Counted from the first letter of the stretch, positions 1-10,642 are shown. The stretch is 64,000 nt of DNA from an uncultured delta proteobacterium (GCA_963848295.1 CAWKDB010000010.1:2848001-2912000); one strand, 5' to 3'. Numbers and translations are program-made. The notes: generated by a model from the letters alone, not told the origin.

Positions 1-627
1 GGTCTTCACGCACACGACCGGCCGCACGTCGACCAGCTCGGCCTCGTCGCCGGTCAGCTGGAGCGCGGGATCGCCGCAGAACGCCTCGGCATCGCCGTGA
101 TGCTCCGCAAACGCGCGCAGATCCTCCTCGAGGCGCGCGTAGAACGCGCCGATCGTCTCGTAGTCCGATGACATCGGCGTGATGCGATCGCGGTGGCTTC
201 CGCGCTTGAAGGTGCCACCGGGCTCGAAGCCGGTACCTTCAGGCTCGTTCGAGTCGGCCGGTCGCTCGAGGTGCGTGAAGTGTTGCAGCACGGCCGCGCT
301 GAACGGTGCGAGCCGCACGACCACGGGCGCCGGCAGGTTTCCCGGCGTGAGCGGGAAGTTGTCTCGGCCGAAGTGCGGCGTGCCGCCGATCGCGGACGTC
401 AGGTTCCACACCGCGACGAGGTGTGCCATCTCTTCCTTGGCGACCTGCACGATCGTGCCGCGCCAGCGCGCGACCGCATCGACGTGCGCGGCCGGCAGTC
501 CCTCGCCGCCGGTCTTGAGGCTGAACGCGGCGTAGAGGTACGTGCACATCAACGTGTGCTCGAGCTCCGCGGCCTCGTAGAGCGCGTGGAGGATTTGCTC
601 CCGACTCGGCGTTCGCATCGCGGGCAT
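1..627 (-). CDS. Ferritin-like domain protein (runs off the left edge of the window)
   Basis: Manual translation from ATG 627: MPAMRTPSREQILHALYEAAELEHTLMCTYLYAAFSLK...VAKEEMAHLVAVWNLTSAIGG; ELEH..YLYA and EEMxH motifs of the VioB-like ferritin family; starts 1 nt after the upstream stop. Confidence 0.85.
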   Translation of the reverse strand, partial: MPAMRTPSREQILHALYEAAELEHTLMCTYLYAAFSLKTGGEGLPAAHVDAVARWRGTIVQVAKEEMAHLVAVWNLTSAIGGTPHFGRDNFPLTPGNLPAPVVVRLAPFSAAVLQHFTHLERPADSNEPEGTGFEPGGTFKRGSHRDRITPMSSDYETIGAFYARLEEDLRAFAEHHGDAEAFCGDPALQLTGDEAELVDVRPVVCVKT

Positions 628-628
628 T

Positions 629-1249
629 CTACCGCAGTGGGCTCGAAGGGTTAGGCGTCGGCGCCGCGACCCGCGCGAGGATGTTGCGGTCGGTGTGATG
701 AAACGGCTGGGCGGTACCGACGACCTGGATCACCGTGTCTTGTTTGTACGACCACGTGCCGTCGTGATGGATCGTGATGGTCATCGCGAACCGCTCGGTC
801 CGAAACGCGTCCTCGAGGAACGGGTTCGAGATGATGCCGTTGACGAGCGAGCCGCGGACCGCCTCGACCGTGAACGTCGTGTCGTCTGCATGTGCCTTGC
901 CGATCGCCATCGCGACCTGGCCGCGCGGAATCGCGAGCGTCATCAAGATCGATCCTGTCGCCGGTTCCCACAACCAGTAGCCGACCTGATCGTGAAACAT
1001 CGCGACCTCGCCCGGCTTGACGATGTGCGTGTGATAGCGCAACCCGTAGAACAGCTGCGGACCGTTCGTCTGCGCGTCGATCGGCTGGAGCTCGATGCGT
1101 TCGACGAATCGATTGGTCTCGCCGCCGGTCGCGACCGGATGAGTGTCGATGCCGATGTCTCCAGACCACACCCCGGCGAGCGCGCGCAACGGGCCGAGCT
1201 GATCGAGCGTGTTCGGATCGGGCACCGGTTCGGTGAAGACGTCGCGCAT
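629..1249 (-). CDS. Nitrobindin/FABP-like heme-binding beta-barrel (DUF1794-like)
   Basis: LGPLRALAGVWSG, NGPQLFYGLRY, HDQVGYWLWEP, FHHTDRN motifs; start trimmed to MRDVF. Confidence 0.88.
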   Translation of the reverse strand: MRDVFTEPVPDPNTLDQLGPLRALAGVWSGDIGIDTHPVATGGETNRFVERIELQPIDAQTNGPQLFYGLRYHTHIVKPGEVAMFHDQVGYWLWEPATGSILMTLAIPRGQVAMAIGKAHADDTTFTVEAVRGSLVNGIISNPFLEDAFRTERFAMTITIHHDGTWSYKQDTVIQVVGTAQPFHHTDRNILARVAAPTPNPSSPLR

Positions 1250-1360
1250 GCGGCCCGCATTCTTCCCTCGGTCCGGGCCCCACATGCAAGGTCCCCGGCG
1301 TGTCGAGCTGTCGGTGCAGGCGCGGTGCGACTGCGCGGCTGTCGGCGCCGTCCGGATGGC

Positions 1361-1971
1361 ATGCGCTCGACCGTCGTATTGCTCGCTGTGATCGCTTGCG
1401 GGCACTCCGCAGCCTCGGTTCCCGATGGTCGCCCCGGAACGGACGCCGCGATCAGCGATGCCATCATCGGTGGCGACGCCGGAGGTTGCGGGGCCGAGAC
1501 CTGCCGAAGCCGACCGGAGCCTGCATCGGCTCCGAGCTCGACGCGAGCAGCGCGAGCTTGAGCATCACCGCGACCGGAGACACGATCACGCGTTGTGACA
1601 CCGGCCTGGGCGTGCGGGTCACGGCATTCGGCTCGGCGACCACGACGCTCGCGCTGTCGTCGTTCAACAACATCATCGCCGACCACACCACCACCGGGAT
1701 CGCGCTCGACATCGGCGATGCGCGCTCGGACTCGACCGTCGATACCGGCCACGATGCGCTGTGGGGCAACGGCGCGAACTTCAGCGGCGACGCGATCGAG
1801 GGTCCGGGAGACGTGAAGCAGGACTGCTTGCTCGACGCCGGGGCGCCGCCCGGGCTTCGTACCGGCTCGCCTTGTCTCGGCGCGGGCGATCCTGCGAACA
1901 GCTCGCCGCACGATTTTTGGGACCAACCGCGCGGCACGCCGCCGGACATCGGCGCAGTCGAGTCACCGTGA
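1361..1971 (+). pseudogene. Frameshifted or internally deleted lipoprotein with choice-of-anchor-Q-like C-terminus
   Basis: Signal/lipobox MRSTVVLLAVIAC in one frame; C-terminal SPCLGAG...D..PRG.PPDIGAVE in another frame; switch near 1490-1520. Confidence 0.55.
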
Positions 1972-2092
1972 AGTCGGCGGGCTGACGCGATGAGCTCGGA
2001 CGAACCGCAACGCACTCGGTCACCTGCGAGCGTTGCGTTCCGTGCATCCGATCGGGCGCGGCCGGCGAAGTGAGGGGCCAGGAGGACCCTCG

Positions 2093-3652
2093 ATGCCCGA
2101 TCGCACCACGTTCCCTACGTCGTTCGCCCTTGGCCTTGCTGTCGCAGTCGCCGGCTGTGACCCCAGCACCACCGCGGAGGATGCGCACGTCCGCGTCGCG
2201 CACCTGTCGCCGGACGCGCCGAGCGTCGACTTCTGCGTCGCGCCTCACGGCGGCACGGCGTTCGTCGGCCCGATCCTCGCGACCAACGGGCTCGCGACCG
2301 GCCTGGCGTATGGCAATGCGACGAAGTACTTCGACCTCGCCGCCGACACCTACGACGTGCGGCTCGTCGCGCCGGGCTCCGCCGACTGCAACACCTCGCT
2401 CGGCGGGCTCGCCGACTTCACGAACCTGCCGAGCCTCGCGCCCGGCGACTCGGTGACGCTCGCGGCGGAAGGACTCGCGACGCTCGGCTCCGAGACGCCG
2501 CTGCGCATCGCGGCGTACGTCGACGACACCGAGGTCGACAGTGGCCAGGCCAAGCTCCGGTTCATCCACGCGTCGCCCGGCACGCCGGCGGTCGATGTCG
2601 GCGTCGGCGGTGGTGCGGTGTTCACCTCGGTGTTCACCGACGTCGCCTACGGCGACACCGCGGCGGCGGACAGCGGCTATGTCGAGACCGCGCCGATCTC
2701 CGGCGCCGAGATCAGCGCGCGCGCCCACGGCTCGTCGAGTGACGCGCTGTCGATCAAGCCCGCGGTGCTCCCCGCCGGTGCGATCGCGACCGCGTTCGCG
2801 ATCGGCGAGATCGGCTCGGCGACGACGCCGTTGCGCGTCCTGCTCTGCGTCGACAACGCGGCGGCCGTCGGCCTGATGTCGCAGTGCTCGGTCGTCGGCG
2901 GGACGCCGTCGCGCGCGCACGTCCGCGTCGCTCACCTGTCGCCCGATCTGCGCGCGGTCGACTTCTGTCTCGCGCCGGCCGGTACCACCGCGTTCAGCGC
3001 GCCGGTGCTCGCGTCGCTCGGCGTGCAAGACGGCCTGACGTATGCCGCGGTCACGACCTACGTCGACTTGCCGGTCGGCAAGTACGACATCCGCGTGATC
3101 ATCGCGAACGCGACCGGCTGCTCGATCCCCGCGATCCCTGACACGCTTGGCGTCAGCGTCGACAACGATCAGACCGCGACGATCGCGGCGCTCGGTGACT
3201 CCGATCCCACCGGCCTCGCGGCTCACGATCCGCCGTTGCACCTCGCGCTGTTCACGGACTCGACGACCGTGCCGAGTGGCTCCGCGCAGCTACGGTTCAT
3301 CCACGCGTCGCCCGGCACGCCGGCGGTCGACGTCGGCCTCGGCTCGGGCGCGTCGTTCACGAAGGTGTTCGCGGACGTGTCGTTCGGCGACATCGCGACG
3401 AACACCGGCATCGACGCGCTCGGCTATGTCCAGACCGCGGCGCCGCTGACCACGACCGTCGCGGCGCGGCTCGCGAACACGACCGGCGATGCGCTCGTGC
3501 TGCCGGGCGTGACGCTGCCCGGCGAAGGCATCATCACGGCGTTCGCGATCGGCAACAAGACCGGCGCGAGCTCGCCGCCGCTGCAGGTCCTGCTGTGCGA
3601 TGACAACGCCGCGCCGAACGGCCTGATGTCGAGCTGCATGCTCGCGCCGTGA
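2093..3652 (+). CDS. DUF4397-domain lipoprotein, internally duplicated
   Basis: Lipobox VAGC; two halves each with AHVRVAHLSPD..VDFC and LRFIHASPGTPAVDVG. Confidence 0.85.
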   Translation: MPDRTTFPTSFALGLAVAVAGCDPSTTAEDAHVRVAHLSPDAPSVDFCVAPHGGTAFVGPILATNGLATGLAYGNATKYFDLAADTYDVRLVAPGSADCNTSLGGLADFTNLPSLAPGDSVTLAAEGLATLGSETPLRIAAYVDDTEVDSGQAKLRFIHASPGTPAVDVGVGGGAVFTSVFTDVAYGDTAAADSGYVETAPISGAEISARAHGSSSDALSIKPAVLPAGAIATAFAIGEIGSATTPLRVLLCVDNAAAVGLMSQCSVVGGTPSRAHVRVAHLSPDLRAVDFCLAPAGTTAFSAPVLASLGVQDGLTYAAVTTYVDLPVGKYDIRVIIANATGCSIPAIPDTLGVSVDNDQTATIAALGDSDPTGLAAHDPPLHLALFTDSTTVPSGSAQLRFIHASPGTPAVDVGLGSGASFTKVFADVSFGDIATNTGIDALGYVQTAAPLTTTVAARLANTTGDALVLPGVTLPGEGIITAFAIGNKTGASSPPLQVLLCDDNAAPNGLMSSCMLAP

Positions 3653-3657
3653 CGCGG

Positions 3658-4497
3658 CTACCCCGGCTGCCAGAACGGCTCGGCGCCACCCCAGAATGCG
3701 TGATACGTGCGCAGCGCGCGAGAGATCGCAGCGACGCCGCCGAACGCCTTGGTCTGCGACGGATAACGCGCGATCGCGTCGAGCTTGTGCTGTTCGTGCT
3801 CGGTGATCGCGACCGTGGACAGCCTCCAGCTCGCGGCCTGGAGCGCGGGCGGCCACAGCGCCTCGAGCGGCGGGCCACGGCGAGCCGCCGCGATCGCGCG
3901 CAGCACGACGGCGAGCCGCTTGGCCGATAACAACGGCGACCGACGCGCCGGCCAGGTCGAACGCGCAGCCACCGGGTGGGCGCGGCGCATCGTCCGCGAC
4001 AGCGCGTAGAAGTCTTCGTAGAACCACACGCGATCGAGCCAGTCACGAGCGATCGCCATGTCGATCGCCGCGAGCGAGGCCTCGACGTGATCGATGTGAT
4101 TGCCGATGCCGAACGGGATCAGGACGCGGGTCGGCCCGAGCTCCGCGAGCTGGTCGAGGCTGCCGCGCACGGCGGCGAGCGTGGCGAAGCCGTCGCGCTG
4201 CGCCGGGGTCGTGAAGAACGACCAGCCGGTGAGGTACGGGCGGCGAAACGCGCGTTCGACGTGATCGAGCCGGAGCACCTCGGCGCCGAGCACGGTGCAC
4301 GCCGCGAGGTCTTCGGCCCGCCGGGTGTCGTAGTCGGCGAACTTGCGCATGCTCGGCGCGATCTCGTCGAGCGGCGGACCCCGCGTGTAGATGGAAGCGA
4401 TCACGACGCGATCGCCCGCGGCAGTCCAGCGCGCGATCGTCCCACCCACCGACAGCGCGGCGTCGTCGAGGTGGGGCGAGATGACGAGGGTCGTCAC
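3658..4497 (-). CDS. PIG-L/LmbE family deacetylase
   Basis: ISPHLDD, RRAED, GNHIDH, YED, Y.SQ motifs; GTG start. Confidence 0.88.
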   Translation of the reverse strand: MTTLVISPHLDDAALSVGGTIARWTAAGDRVVIASIYTRGPPLDEIAPSMRKFADYDTRRAEDLAACTVLGAEVLRLDHVERAFRRPYLTGWSFFTTPAQRDGFATLAAVRGSLDQLAELGPTRVLIPFGIGNHIDHVEASLAAIDMAIARDWLDRVWFYEDFYALSRTMRRAHPVAARSTWPARRSPLLSAKRLAVVLRAIAAARRGPPLEALWPPALQAASWRLSTVAITEHEQHKLDAIARYPSQTKAFGGVAAISRALRTYHAFWGGAEPFWQPG

Positions 4498-4558
4498 CTC
4501 CGAGAGTATGACCGGTCGGCCGCGCCGCAGCTTGACCGACTTGTCCGCTCGCGCGACC

Positions 4559-7408
4559 ATGGGTTTGATGGGGGATTCGCCGACGGAGCGTGAGCAGACT
4601 GCGCTGCCGACCGTCCTCGAACCGGGCCCGACCGGCGACGACTCGGCGACCGAGCTCACCACCGGCGCACGCCTCGGTCGCTACATCGTGCTCGATCGCG
4701 TCGGCCGTGGCGGCATGGGCGTGGTCTACGCCGCTTACGATCCGGATCTCGATCGCAAGGTCGCGGTCAAGCTGATGCGGGCGCGCGCCGGGCTCGGCAG
4801 CGCGGGCAGCGCGTGGTTGCTGCGCGAAGCCCAGGCGATGGCGGCGCTGACTCATCCGAACGTCGCGGCGGTCTACGACGTCGGCACGATCGACGATCAG
4901 CTATTCCTCGCGATGGAGCTGCTCGAAGGGTCGCTCGCGCGCTGGCTCGATCACGATCATCCGTGGCGCGACGTCGTGGCGCGCTTCCTCGAAGCGGGGC
5001 ACGGACTCGCCGCCGCGCACGGCGCCGGGATCGTCCACCGCGACTTCAAGCCCGACAACGTGCTGCTCACCAGCGACGGCCACGCAAAGGTCACCGATTT
5101 CGGGCTCGCGCGCGCCGATCCGTTGTCGAGCGGCTTGCTGTCGCCCGCGGGCTTGCTGCAATCGCCGATGACCGTCGCCGGCGAGATCGTGGGCACGCCG
5201 GTGTTCATGCCGCCCGAGCAGTTGCGAGGCGAGACCAGCGACGCGCGCGGCGATCAGTTCGCGTACTGCATGTCGTTCTTTCGCGCGCTGTACAAGACCG
5301 ATCCGTTCGGCGTCAAGGGCGACGGCCGACTCGATGCGATCAGCGCGAACAAGTTGATCGATCCGCCGACCGGCAGTCCCGCGCCCGCGTGGATGTATCG
5401 CGCGATCATCCGCGGGCTGCGCGCCGACCCTGCCGAGCGCTGGCCGGACATGGCTGCGTTGATCGCGACGCTCGAGCGCGATCCCGCGGTCACGCGCCGT
5501 CGAATCGCGATCGGCGCGGCGCTCGGCGTCGCGCTCGTCGGCATCGCCACCGCCTACGCGCTCGCTTCGCACTCGTCGGCGCCACCGTTGTGCTCCGGGG
5601 CCGACGGCAAGCTCGCCGGCGTGTGGGACGCGACCGCGCGCAGCGGCGTCGAGGCGGCGTTCGCCACGTCGCACGCACCGGGCGAGCCGGACGCGCTCCA
5701 CGACACCGAGCGCGAGCTCGATAGCTACGCGCACGACTGGGTCGCGATGCGCACCGAAGCGTGCGAGGCCACTCGGATCCGCGGCGACCAGACCGAGGAG
5801 GTGCTGACGTTGCGCACCGATTGCCTCGACTCGCGTCTCGTCGAGCTGCGCACGTTCGTTCGCGAGCTCGCGATCGCCGACGACAAGATGGTGTCGCACG
5901 CCGCCGCCGGCGCGAAGGCCCTGAGCGGCCTCGCCGGTTGTGCGGACGTGCCGGCGCTGCGTGCTCCCGATCGCCTGCCGAGTGAGCCCGACGCCCGCGC
6001 GCGCGTGGTCGCGCTACGCGACAAGCTCGCCGAAGGACGCGGCTTGTTGCAAGCGGTGCGGCTCAAGGAGGCGATCGCGATCGCGAAGCCGGCGGCGGCG
6101 GAAGCGACGAAGCTCGGCCATCGACCGACCGAAGCCGAGGCGTTGCTCCTCGCGGGCGAGATCGAGCTCCAGATGTCGTCGCCCGCCGCCGAAGGCGACT
6201 TGTTCGACGCCGGGCTCGCCGCGGAGGCCGGCAAGTCCGACGCGGTCAAGCTCGAGTCGTGGCTCTACCTGACGTCGGTCGCGCTCACCGGATCGAAGTT
6301 CGAGCTCGCGCTCCGGCGCTCGCAGGAAGCGAAGGCGACGCTCGAGCGCCTCGGCAAGCCGTGGCGCCAGGAAGCCCAGCTCCTGCGCTTGGAGGTCCAG
6401 ATCAACGGGCTCCAAGGCCACCTGCCCGAAGCGCTCGCCGCCGCCGAAGAACAACGCAAGCTGGTCGAGCGCGAGGAGGGCACGACGACACTCGAATACG
6501 CGAACGCGTTGAAAGCGAAAGCCGATGTGCTCGGCGAGCTCGGTCGCCAGGCCGAAGCGCTCGACGACTTTCGCACGGTGCTCGCGATCACCGAGCAGCA
6601 GCTCGGCCCGAAGCACGGCGACCTCGCGGTCGTGCTCACGAACATGGCGATCGTCGAGTACTACCTCGGCCGGCCCGAGGAGAGCGCGAAGCACGCGCGG
6701 CGAGCGCTCGCGATCACCGAAGCGGTCTACGGCGCCGACTCGCCCGAGACCGCCGCGGCGCTGACGATGGTCGGCACCGCGCTGCTCGCACAACGAGACT
6801 ACGCGGGCGCACTCGAGACGTTCCAGCGCAGCGAGAGAGCCGTCGAGCACGCGTTAGGCCCCGAGCACCCATCGCTCGCCGACCCGCTCGCGAACATCGG
6901 CAGCATGCTCGTCCAGCTCAAGCGGCCCGCCGAAGCCGTCCCGTACCTCGAGCGCGCGATCGCGATCGCGACCAAGAACGCGGCCGGCGACAGCCTCGAC
7001 ATCGTCCAGCTGCTCGCTTCGCAGTGCGATGTGTTACGTGCCGCCGGTCAGCTCGACGCTGCGGTCGCGGCGGGGCGACGGGCGCTCGCGATGGGCGAGA
7101 AGGCCTTCGGCAAGACGAGCTCGCGGCTGTTCGATCCGCTGAGCACGCTCGGGCGCGCGTTGCTCGCCGCCAAGCAACCGCGCGAAGCATCCGAGCTGCT
7201 CGATCGAGCGCTCGCCGCGCCGGCGGGCAATCCGAGCTCGCTGCCGGAGGTCGAGCTCGCTGCGGCGCAAGCCGCGTGGCGCACCGGCGGCGCTCGCGAC
7301 AAGGCGCTCGAGCTCGGTCGCAAGGCGCGCGATGACTACGGCAAGCTCGGTGCGCGTTGGGCCGCCGAGCTCGCCGAGGTCAACGTCTGGCTCGCCCACC
7401 CCGAGTAG
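4559..7408 (+). CDS. Hanks-type Ser/Thr kinase with transmembrane segment and TPR repeats
   Basis: GRGGMGVV, VAVK, HRDFKPDN, DFG, GTPVFMPPE; C-terminal TPRs (LGPKHGD, LGPEHP). Confidence 0.93.
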   Translation: MGLMGDSPTEREQTALPTVLEPGPTGDDSATELTTGARLGRYIVLDRVGRGGMGVVYAAYDPDLDRKVAVKLMRARAGLGSAGSAWLLREAQAMAALTHPNVAAVYDVGTIDDQLFLAMELLEGSLARWLDHDHPWRDVVARFLEAGHGLAAAHGAGIVHRDFKPDNVLLTSDGHAKVTDFGLARADPLSSGLLSPAGLLQSPMTVAGEIVGTPVFMPPEQLRGETSDARGDQFAYCMSFFRALYKTDPFGVKGDGRLDAISANKLIDPPTGSPAPAWMYRAIIRGLRADPAERWPDMAALIATLERDPAVTRRRIAIGAALGVALVGIATAYALASHSSAPPLCSGADGKLAGVWDATARSGVEAAFATSHAPGEPDALHDTERELDSYAHDWVAMRTEACEATRIRGDQTEEVLTLRTDCLDSRLVELRTFVRELAIADDKMVSHAAAGAKALSGLAGCADVPALRAPDRLPSEPDARARVVALRDKLAEGRGLLQAVRLKEAIAIAKPAAAEATKLGHRPTEAEALLLAGEIELQMSSPAAEGDLFDAGLAAEAGKSDAVKLESWLYLTSVALTGSKFELALRRSQEAKATLERLGKPWRQEAQLLRLEVQINGLQGHLPEALAAAEEQRKLVEREEGTTTLEYANALKAKADVLGELGRQAEALDDFRTVLAITEQQLGPKHGDLAVVLTNMAIVEYYLGRPEESAKHARRALAITEAVYGADSPETAAALTMVGTALLAQRDYAGALETFQRSERAVEHALGPEHPSLADPLANIGSMLVQLKRPAEAVPYLERAIAIATKNAAGDSLDIVQLLASQCDVLRAAGQLDAAVAAGRRALAMGEKAFGKTSSRLFDPLSTLGRALLAAKQPREASELLDRALAAPAGNPSSLPEVELAAAQAAWRTGGARDKALELGRKARDDYGKLGARWAAELAEVNVWLAHPE

Positions 7409-7454
7409 CGCTACTTCGTCGCGGTGCCACGGTCGCGACGGCGTCGATCAGCGC

Positions 7455-8177
7455 TCAGTACGTGCCGGCCGGCGGCTTGATCAAGTTGACCGAGGGGTTG
7501 CCCGCGGCGTCGACCGTGCCCTGCAGCGTGAAGGTCGCCGGGGTGCTATCGCAGTCGGCGTCGCCGATCGCGTAGGCGGTGAATGATGTCGCGCTCGTGC
7601 CGACGAACGAATAGCCGTACGTGCTCTCCTCGTCGACCGAGAAGCCCATCGCGTTCCATTGTGGGTCGGCCTTGAACGCGGATGGCGTCGCCTTGCACTT
7701 GTTGTTGATCGCTGTCCCCGGCGTCGTCTCGGTGCCGCCCTTCATGCCGCAGCAACCGTTGGTCGCGCTGACGCCGGTCGGCAGGAACGCGGCGTTGCCG
7801 ACGGTGAACGACGAGGTTTCGCCGAAGGCGCGCTTCTGCATCTTGCCGATCGCGTTGAGCTCGAGCGCCGCTTCGGACGGACCGCCGGAGTGCTTGTGAC
7901 CTTTTCTCTCGCCGTCGTCCGATTTCGACATGCACGCGATCGCGTCCTTCTCGTCCTTGATGTTCGCGACGCACGAGCGCACCTCGTCGGACCACTTGTC
8001 ACCGATGCACGCGGCGACCGCATCTGCCATCACCTTCTTGTCGGCGAGCTTGGTCGCGACCTTCGCGGCCTTCGCGAGCGCTTCGTCACAGCTCGGGGCG
8101 GCGGCCTTTTTGCAACCCGCGAGCGAGACGGCCAGCGCGATCGAGAGGGCGAAGATGAGGTTGGGGGGCGTGGTCAT
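7455..8177 (-). CDS. Lipoprotein with C-terminal type IV pilin-like globular domain
   Basis: Lipobox LAGC; Cys-helical N-domain; SEAALELNAIGK...W.AMGF...YGY.F...FTAYAIGDADCD resembles deltaproteobacterial PilA head. Confidence 0.6.
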   Translation of the reverse strand: MTTPPNLIFALSIALAVSLAGCKKAAAPSCDEALAKAAKVATKLADKKVMADAVAACIGDKWSDEVRSCVANIKDEKDAIACMSKSDDGERKGHKHSGGPSEAALELNAIGKMQKRAFGETSSFTVGNAAFLPTGVSATNGCCGMKGGTETTPGTAINNKCKATPSAFKADPQWNAMGFSVDEESTYGYSFVGTSATSFTAYAIGDADCDSTPATFTLQGTVDAAGNPSVNLIKPPAGTY

Positions 8178-8241
8178 GGGCCCGCAGCATAGGGTGCGGC
8201 TCGGTCGATCGCACCCGTGGCGGGTGTAATCTGTTCGATAC

Positions 8242-9222
8242 ATGGCGATGTCTCGATGGCAGTGCACGTTCCTGGCCGCGGTCGCGGCGAGCTGCGGTGG
8301 CGGGTCGTCGCATCATCTCAACGACGCGTCGTCGAGCACGAGCTCGCCCGGCATCTACGTCACGCAAGGTGGATCGGTGCTGGTGTTCGACATCACCGCG
8401 AACGGCGACGCCGCACCCGTGCGGACGATCGCGGGCGCCAACACCGGCCTCGGCTTGCCGATCGGGATCGCGGTCGATCATCGCAACGACATCTTCGTCG
8501 CCGATCGCACCCAATCGGTGGTCGCGATCTTCGCGACGAACGCGAACGGCGACGTCGCGCCGGTCAGCACGCTGACCGCGCCGAACATGCTGTCGCCCGA
8601 AGGGCTCGCGCTCGGCCCGAGTGAAGACGTCTACGCCTCGACCTGCCCGGACTGCGGGGAGTCGGCCGGCGGCGACACCGCGATCTTCCATTTCCCGGCC
8701 GGCTCGATGACGAGCGACTTCTCGATCGATGGCGCCGACACCGGGCTCAGCGATCCCGATGCGTTGACGGTGGACGCGAACCACGATCTGTTCGTGTCGA
8801 ACGCGTTCGGCGGCTTGGTCTCGATCTATGCGCAAGGCGCGAACGGCGATGCCGCACCGACGAGCTCGTTCACCCCGGCGGGCGGCCCGAACATTCAAGG
8901 AATGGCGCACGGCACGAGCACGATCGCGATCGCCGATCCCAGCGATGGCGTCGCGCTCTACGCCGCGTCGTCGGTCGGCGACGCGACCCCGGCCGCGACG
9001 ATCGCGAGCTCGGCGCAGTTTCCGCTGGCCTATCCCGGCGGGATCTTCTTCGACGAGACGGTGTCACCGCCGGATCTCTACGTCGTCGACTACTCCGGCA
9101 ACGCGATCTACATCGTCCACACCGCCGGCACCGAGCCCGCGCTCTCGCTCGCGAGCGTGACGACGATCAGCGGTCCGACGACCGGGCTCACCTCGCCACT
9201 GCAGATCGCCGTCGTTCACTGA
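8242..9222 (+). CDS. NHL-repeat beta-propeller lipoprotein
   Basis: Lipobox AASC; repeated P.GIAVD / ANGD.AP..TI.G..TGL motifs. Confidence 0.78.
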   Translation: MAMSRWQCTFLAAVAASCGGGSSHHLNDASSSTSSPGIYVTQGGSVLVFDITANGDAAPVRTIAGANTGLGLPIGIAVDHRNDIFVADRTQSVVAIFATNANGDVAPVSTLTAPNMLSPEGLALGPSEDVYASTCPDCGESAGGDTAIFHFPAGSMTSDFSIDGADTGLSDPDALTVDANHDLFVSNAFGGLVSIYAQGANGDAAPTSSFTPAGGPNIQGMAHGTSTIAIADPSDGVALYAASSVGDATPAATIASSAQFPLAYPGGIFFDETVSPPDLYVVDYSGNAIYIVHTAGTEPALSLASVTTISGPTTGLTSPLQIAVVH

Positions 9223-9238
9223 GCCCGCAGCCGCTGAC

Positions 9239-10642
9239 TCAGCTCGGCGCGGTCACCGGGCCATCGTGTGCGGGGTTGCCGCCGAACATGTGCCAACCGT
9301 CGAGCGTGTGGTCGCCGACTTCGAGCGCGATGACGTAGCCGTCCTCGGTGGTCGCGTAGACCCAGCCGCGCGCGACGATCGGCTCGGCGATGACGTGATG
9401 GCCGATCGAGTACGACCACAGCGTGTAGCCGGTGTCGACGTCGAGGCCGAACAGCTGGCCATCGCGGGTCGACACGACGACCTGCGGGCCGGCGAGCGCG
9501 ACCGATCCGAGCGAGCGCGGATCGCCCTTCGCCTGATAGCGCCGGCGCCAGCGCTGCGCGCCGGTCGCCGCGTCGGTCGCCGCGAGCTCGCCGGCCATCG
9601 CGACGTAGCGCACGCCGTGATCGACGACTGGGCGCGAGCCTTCGAACGCCCACACTGCCTCGGGCTGCTCGATGTTCTGCGGCACATCGCTCGTCGTGTC
9701 GCCGTGACCGGCGTCGTGCTTCGCGATGACCTCGCCGCTGGCGGCGGAGACGACGATCTGTTGCTCGACGCCGGCGTGACGGCGCGTGACGTACAAGCGG
9801 TCGCCGTCGAGCCACGGAGCGGTCGTCGCAAAGAGCGGCTTGTGCCACAGCGGTTTGCCGTCGCGGCGGCGGAACCGAAACGTCCAACCGGCGACGGTCG
9901 AGACGTAGACCGAGTCACCCGCGATCACCGGCGCGGCGAGCAGCTCGCTGCCGACCCAGCTCGACCACATCGGCTCCCCGGTCTTGACCGCATACGCCGA
10001 CAGGTCTTGCGAGGCGCCGTCCGGGTGCGCGGCGAACACGAGGCCGTCGGCGACCGCGGTCTGCGATAACGTCTGCGTGCCGATGTAGCGCCGCCACAGC
10101 GTCTTGCCGGTCTTGGCCTCGAGCGCGAACAACGAGCAGCTCTCGGTGTTGAACACCACGCGACCGTCGTCGTAGACGGGGGCGGTCGGCCCGGGATCGG
10201 ACAGCCCTGCGTTGGTCCAGTCGATCTGACCGGTCGTCGCGTCGAGCGCGTAGAACGCGTTCGAGTTGAACCCGCCGGAGACGTAGACCTTGTCGTCGCC
10301 GAACGCGACCGCCGGCAGCTGCTCGGCCTCCGGAATGCGCGCGACCCACGCCCGGCGATCGTCGGCGAACCGAAACGCGACGGCGCCGCCGCGCGGAGGC
10401 GTCGGGACCGCAACCGGGACGACCGCACGATCCGCGCCGAAGTCGAGCACCGCGGTCGACCGAACCGCGGCTGGCTCCACCACGGGCGGTGCGATCGGTC
10501 CGGCGAGATCGATCCCGGGCGCGGGGCGCAACGCCGGTGGCGGGGTTGGCGCGGTCGGTCGCGACGACGTCGCCGCCGGTGGGCTTGTCGGCGAGCTACA
10601 GGCCGCGATCGCGAGCAGTGCACATGAACGCGTGATCATCAT
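9239..10642 (-). CDS. PQQ-like beta-propeller lipoprotein (BamB-like repeats)
   Basis: Lipobox IAAC; repeated ALDA.TG...W motifs; 4 nt overlap with the VIT-vWA gene. Confidence 0.85.
   Translation of the reverse strand: MMITRSCALLAIAACSSPTSPPAATSSRPTAPTPPPALRPAPGIDLAGPIAPPVVEPAAVRSTAVLDFGADRAVVPVAVPTPPRGGAVAFRFADDRRAWVARIPEAEQLPAVAFGDDKVYVSGGFNSNAFYALDATTGQIDWTNAGLSDPGPTAPVYDDGRVVFNTESCSLFALEAKTGKTLWRRYIGTQTLSQTAVADGLVFAAHPDGASQDLSAYAVKTGEPMWSSWVGSELLAAPVIAGDSVYVSTVAGWTFRFRRRDGKPLWHKPLFATTAPWLDGDRLYVTRRHAGVEQQIVVSAASGEVIAKHDAGHGDTTSDVPQNIEQPEAVWAFEGSRPVVDHGVRYVAMAGELAATDAATGAQRWRRRYQAKGDPRSLGSVALAGPQVVVSTRDGQLFGLDVDTGYTLWSYSIGHHVIAEPIVARGWVYATTEDGYVIALEVGDHTLDGWHMFGGNPAHDGPVTAPS

Noticed and set aside
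4559..7408. TPR kinase as the dehydration partner of LanC
   Set aside because: 11 kb away, membrane-anchored, of a type abundant in myxobacteria, and no lyase domain.
10455..10512. Possible sixth in-frame element (starts GTCGACCGAACCGC)
   Set aside because: Period 53, no twin hairpins, similarity limited to the first ~14 nt.
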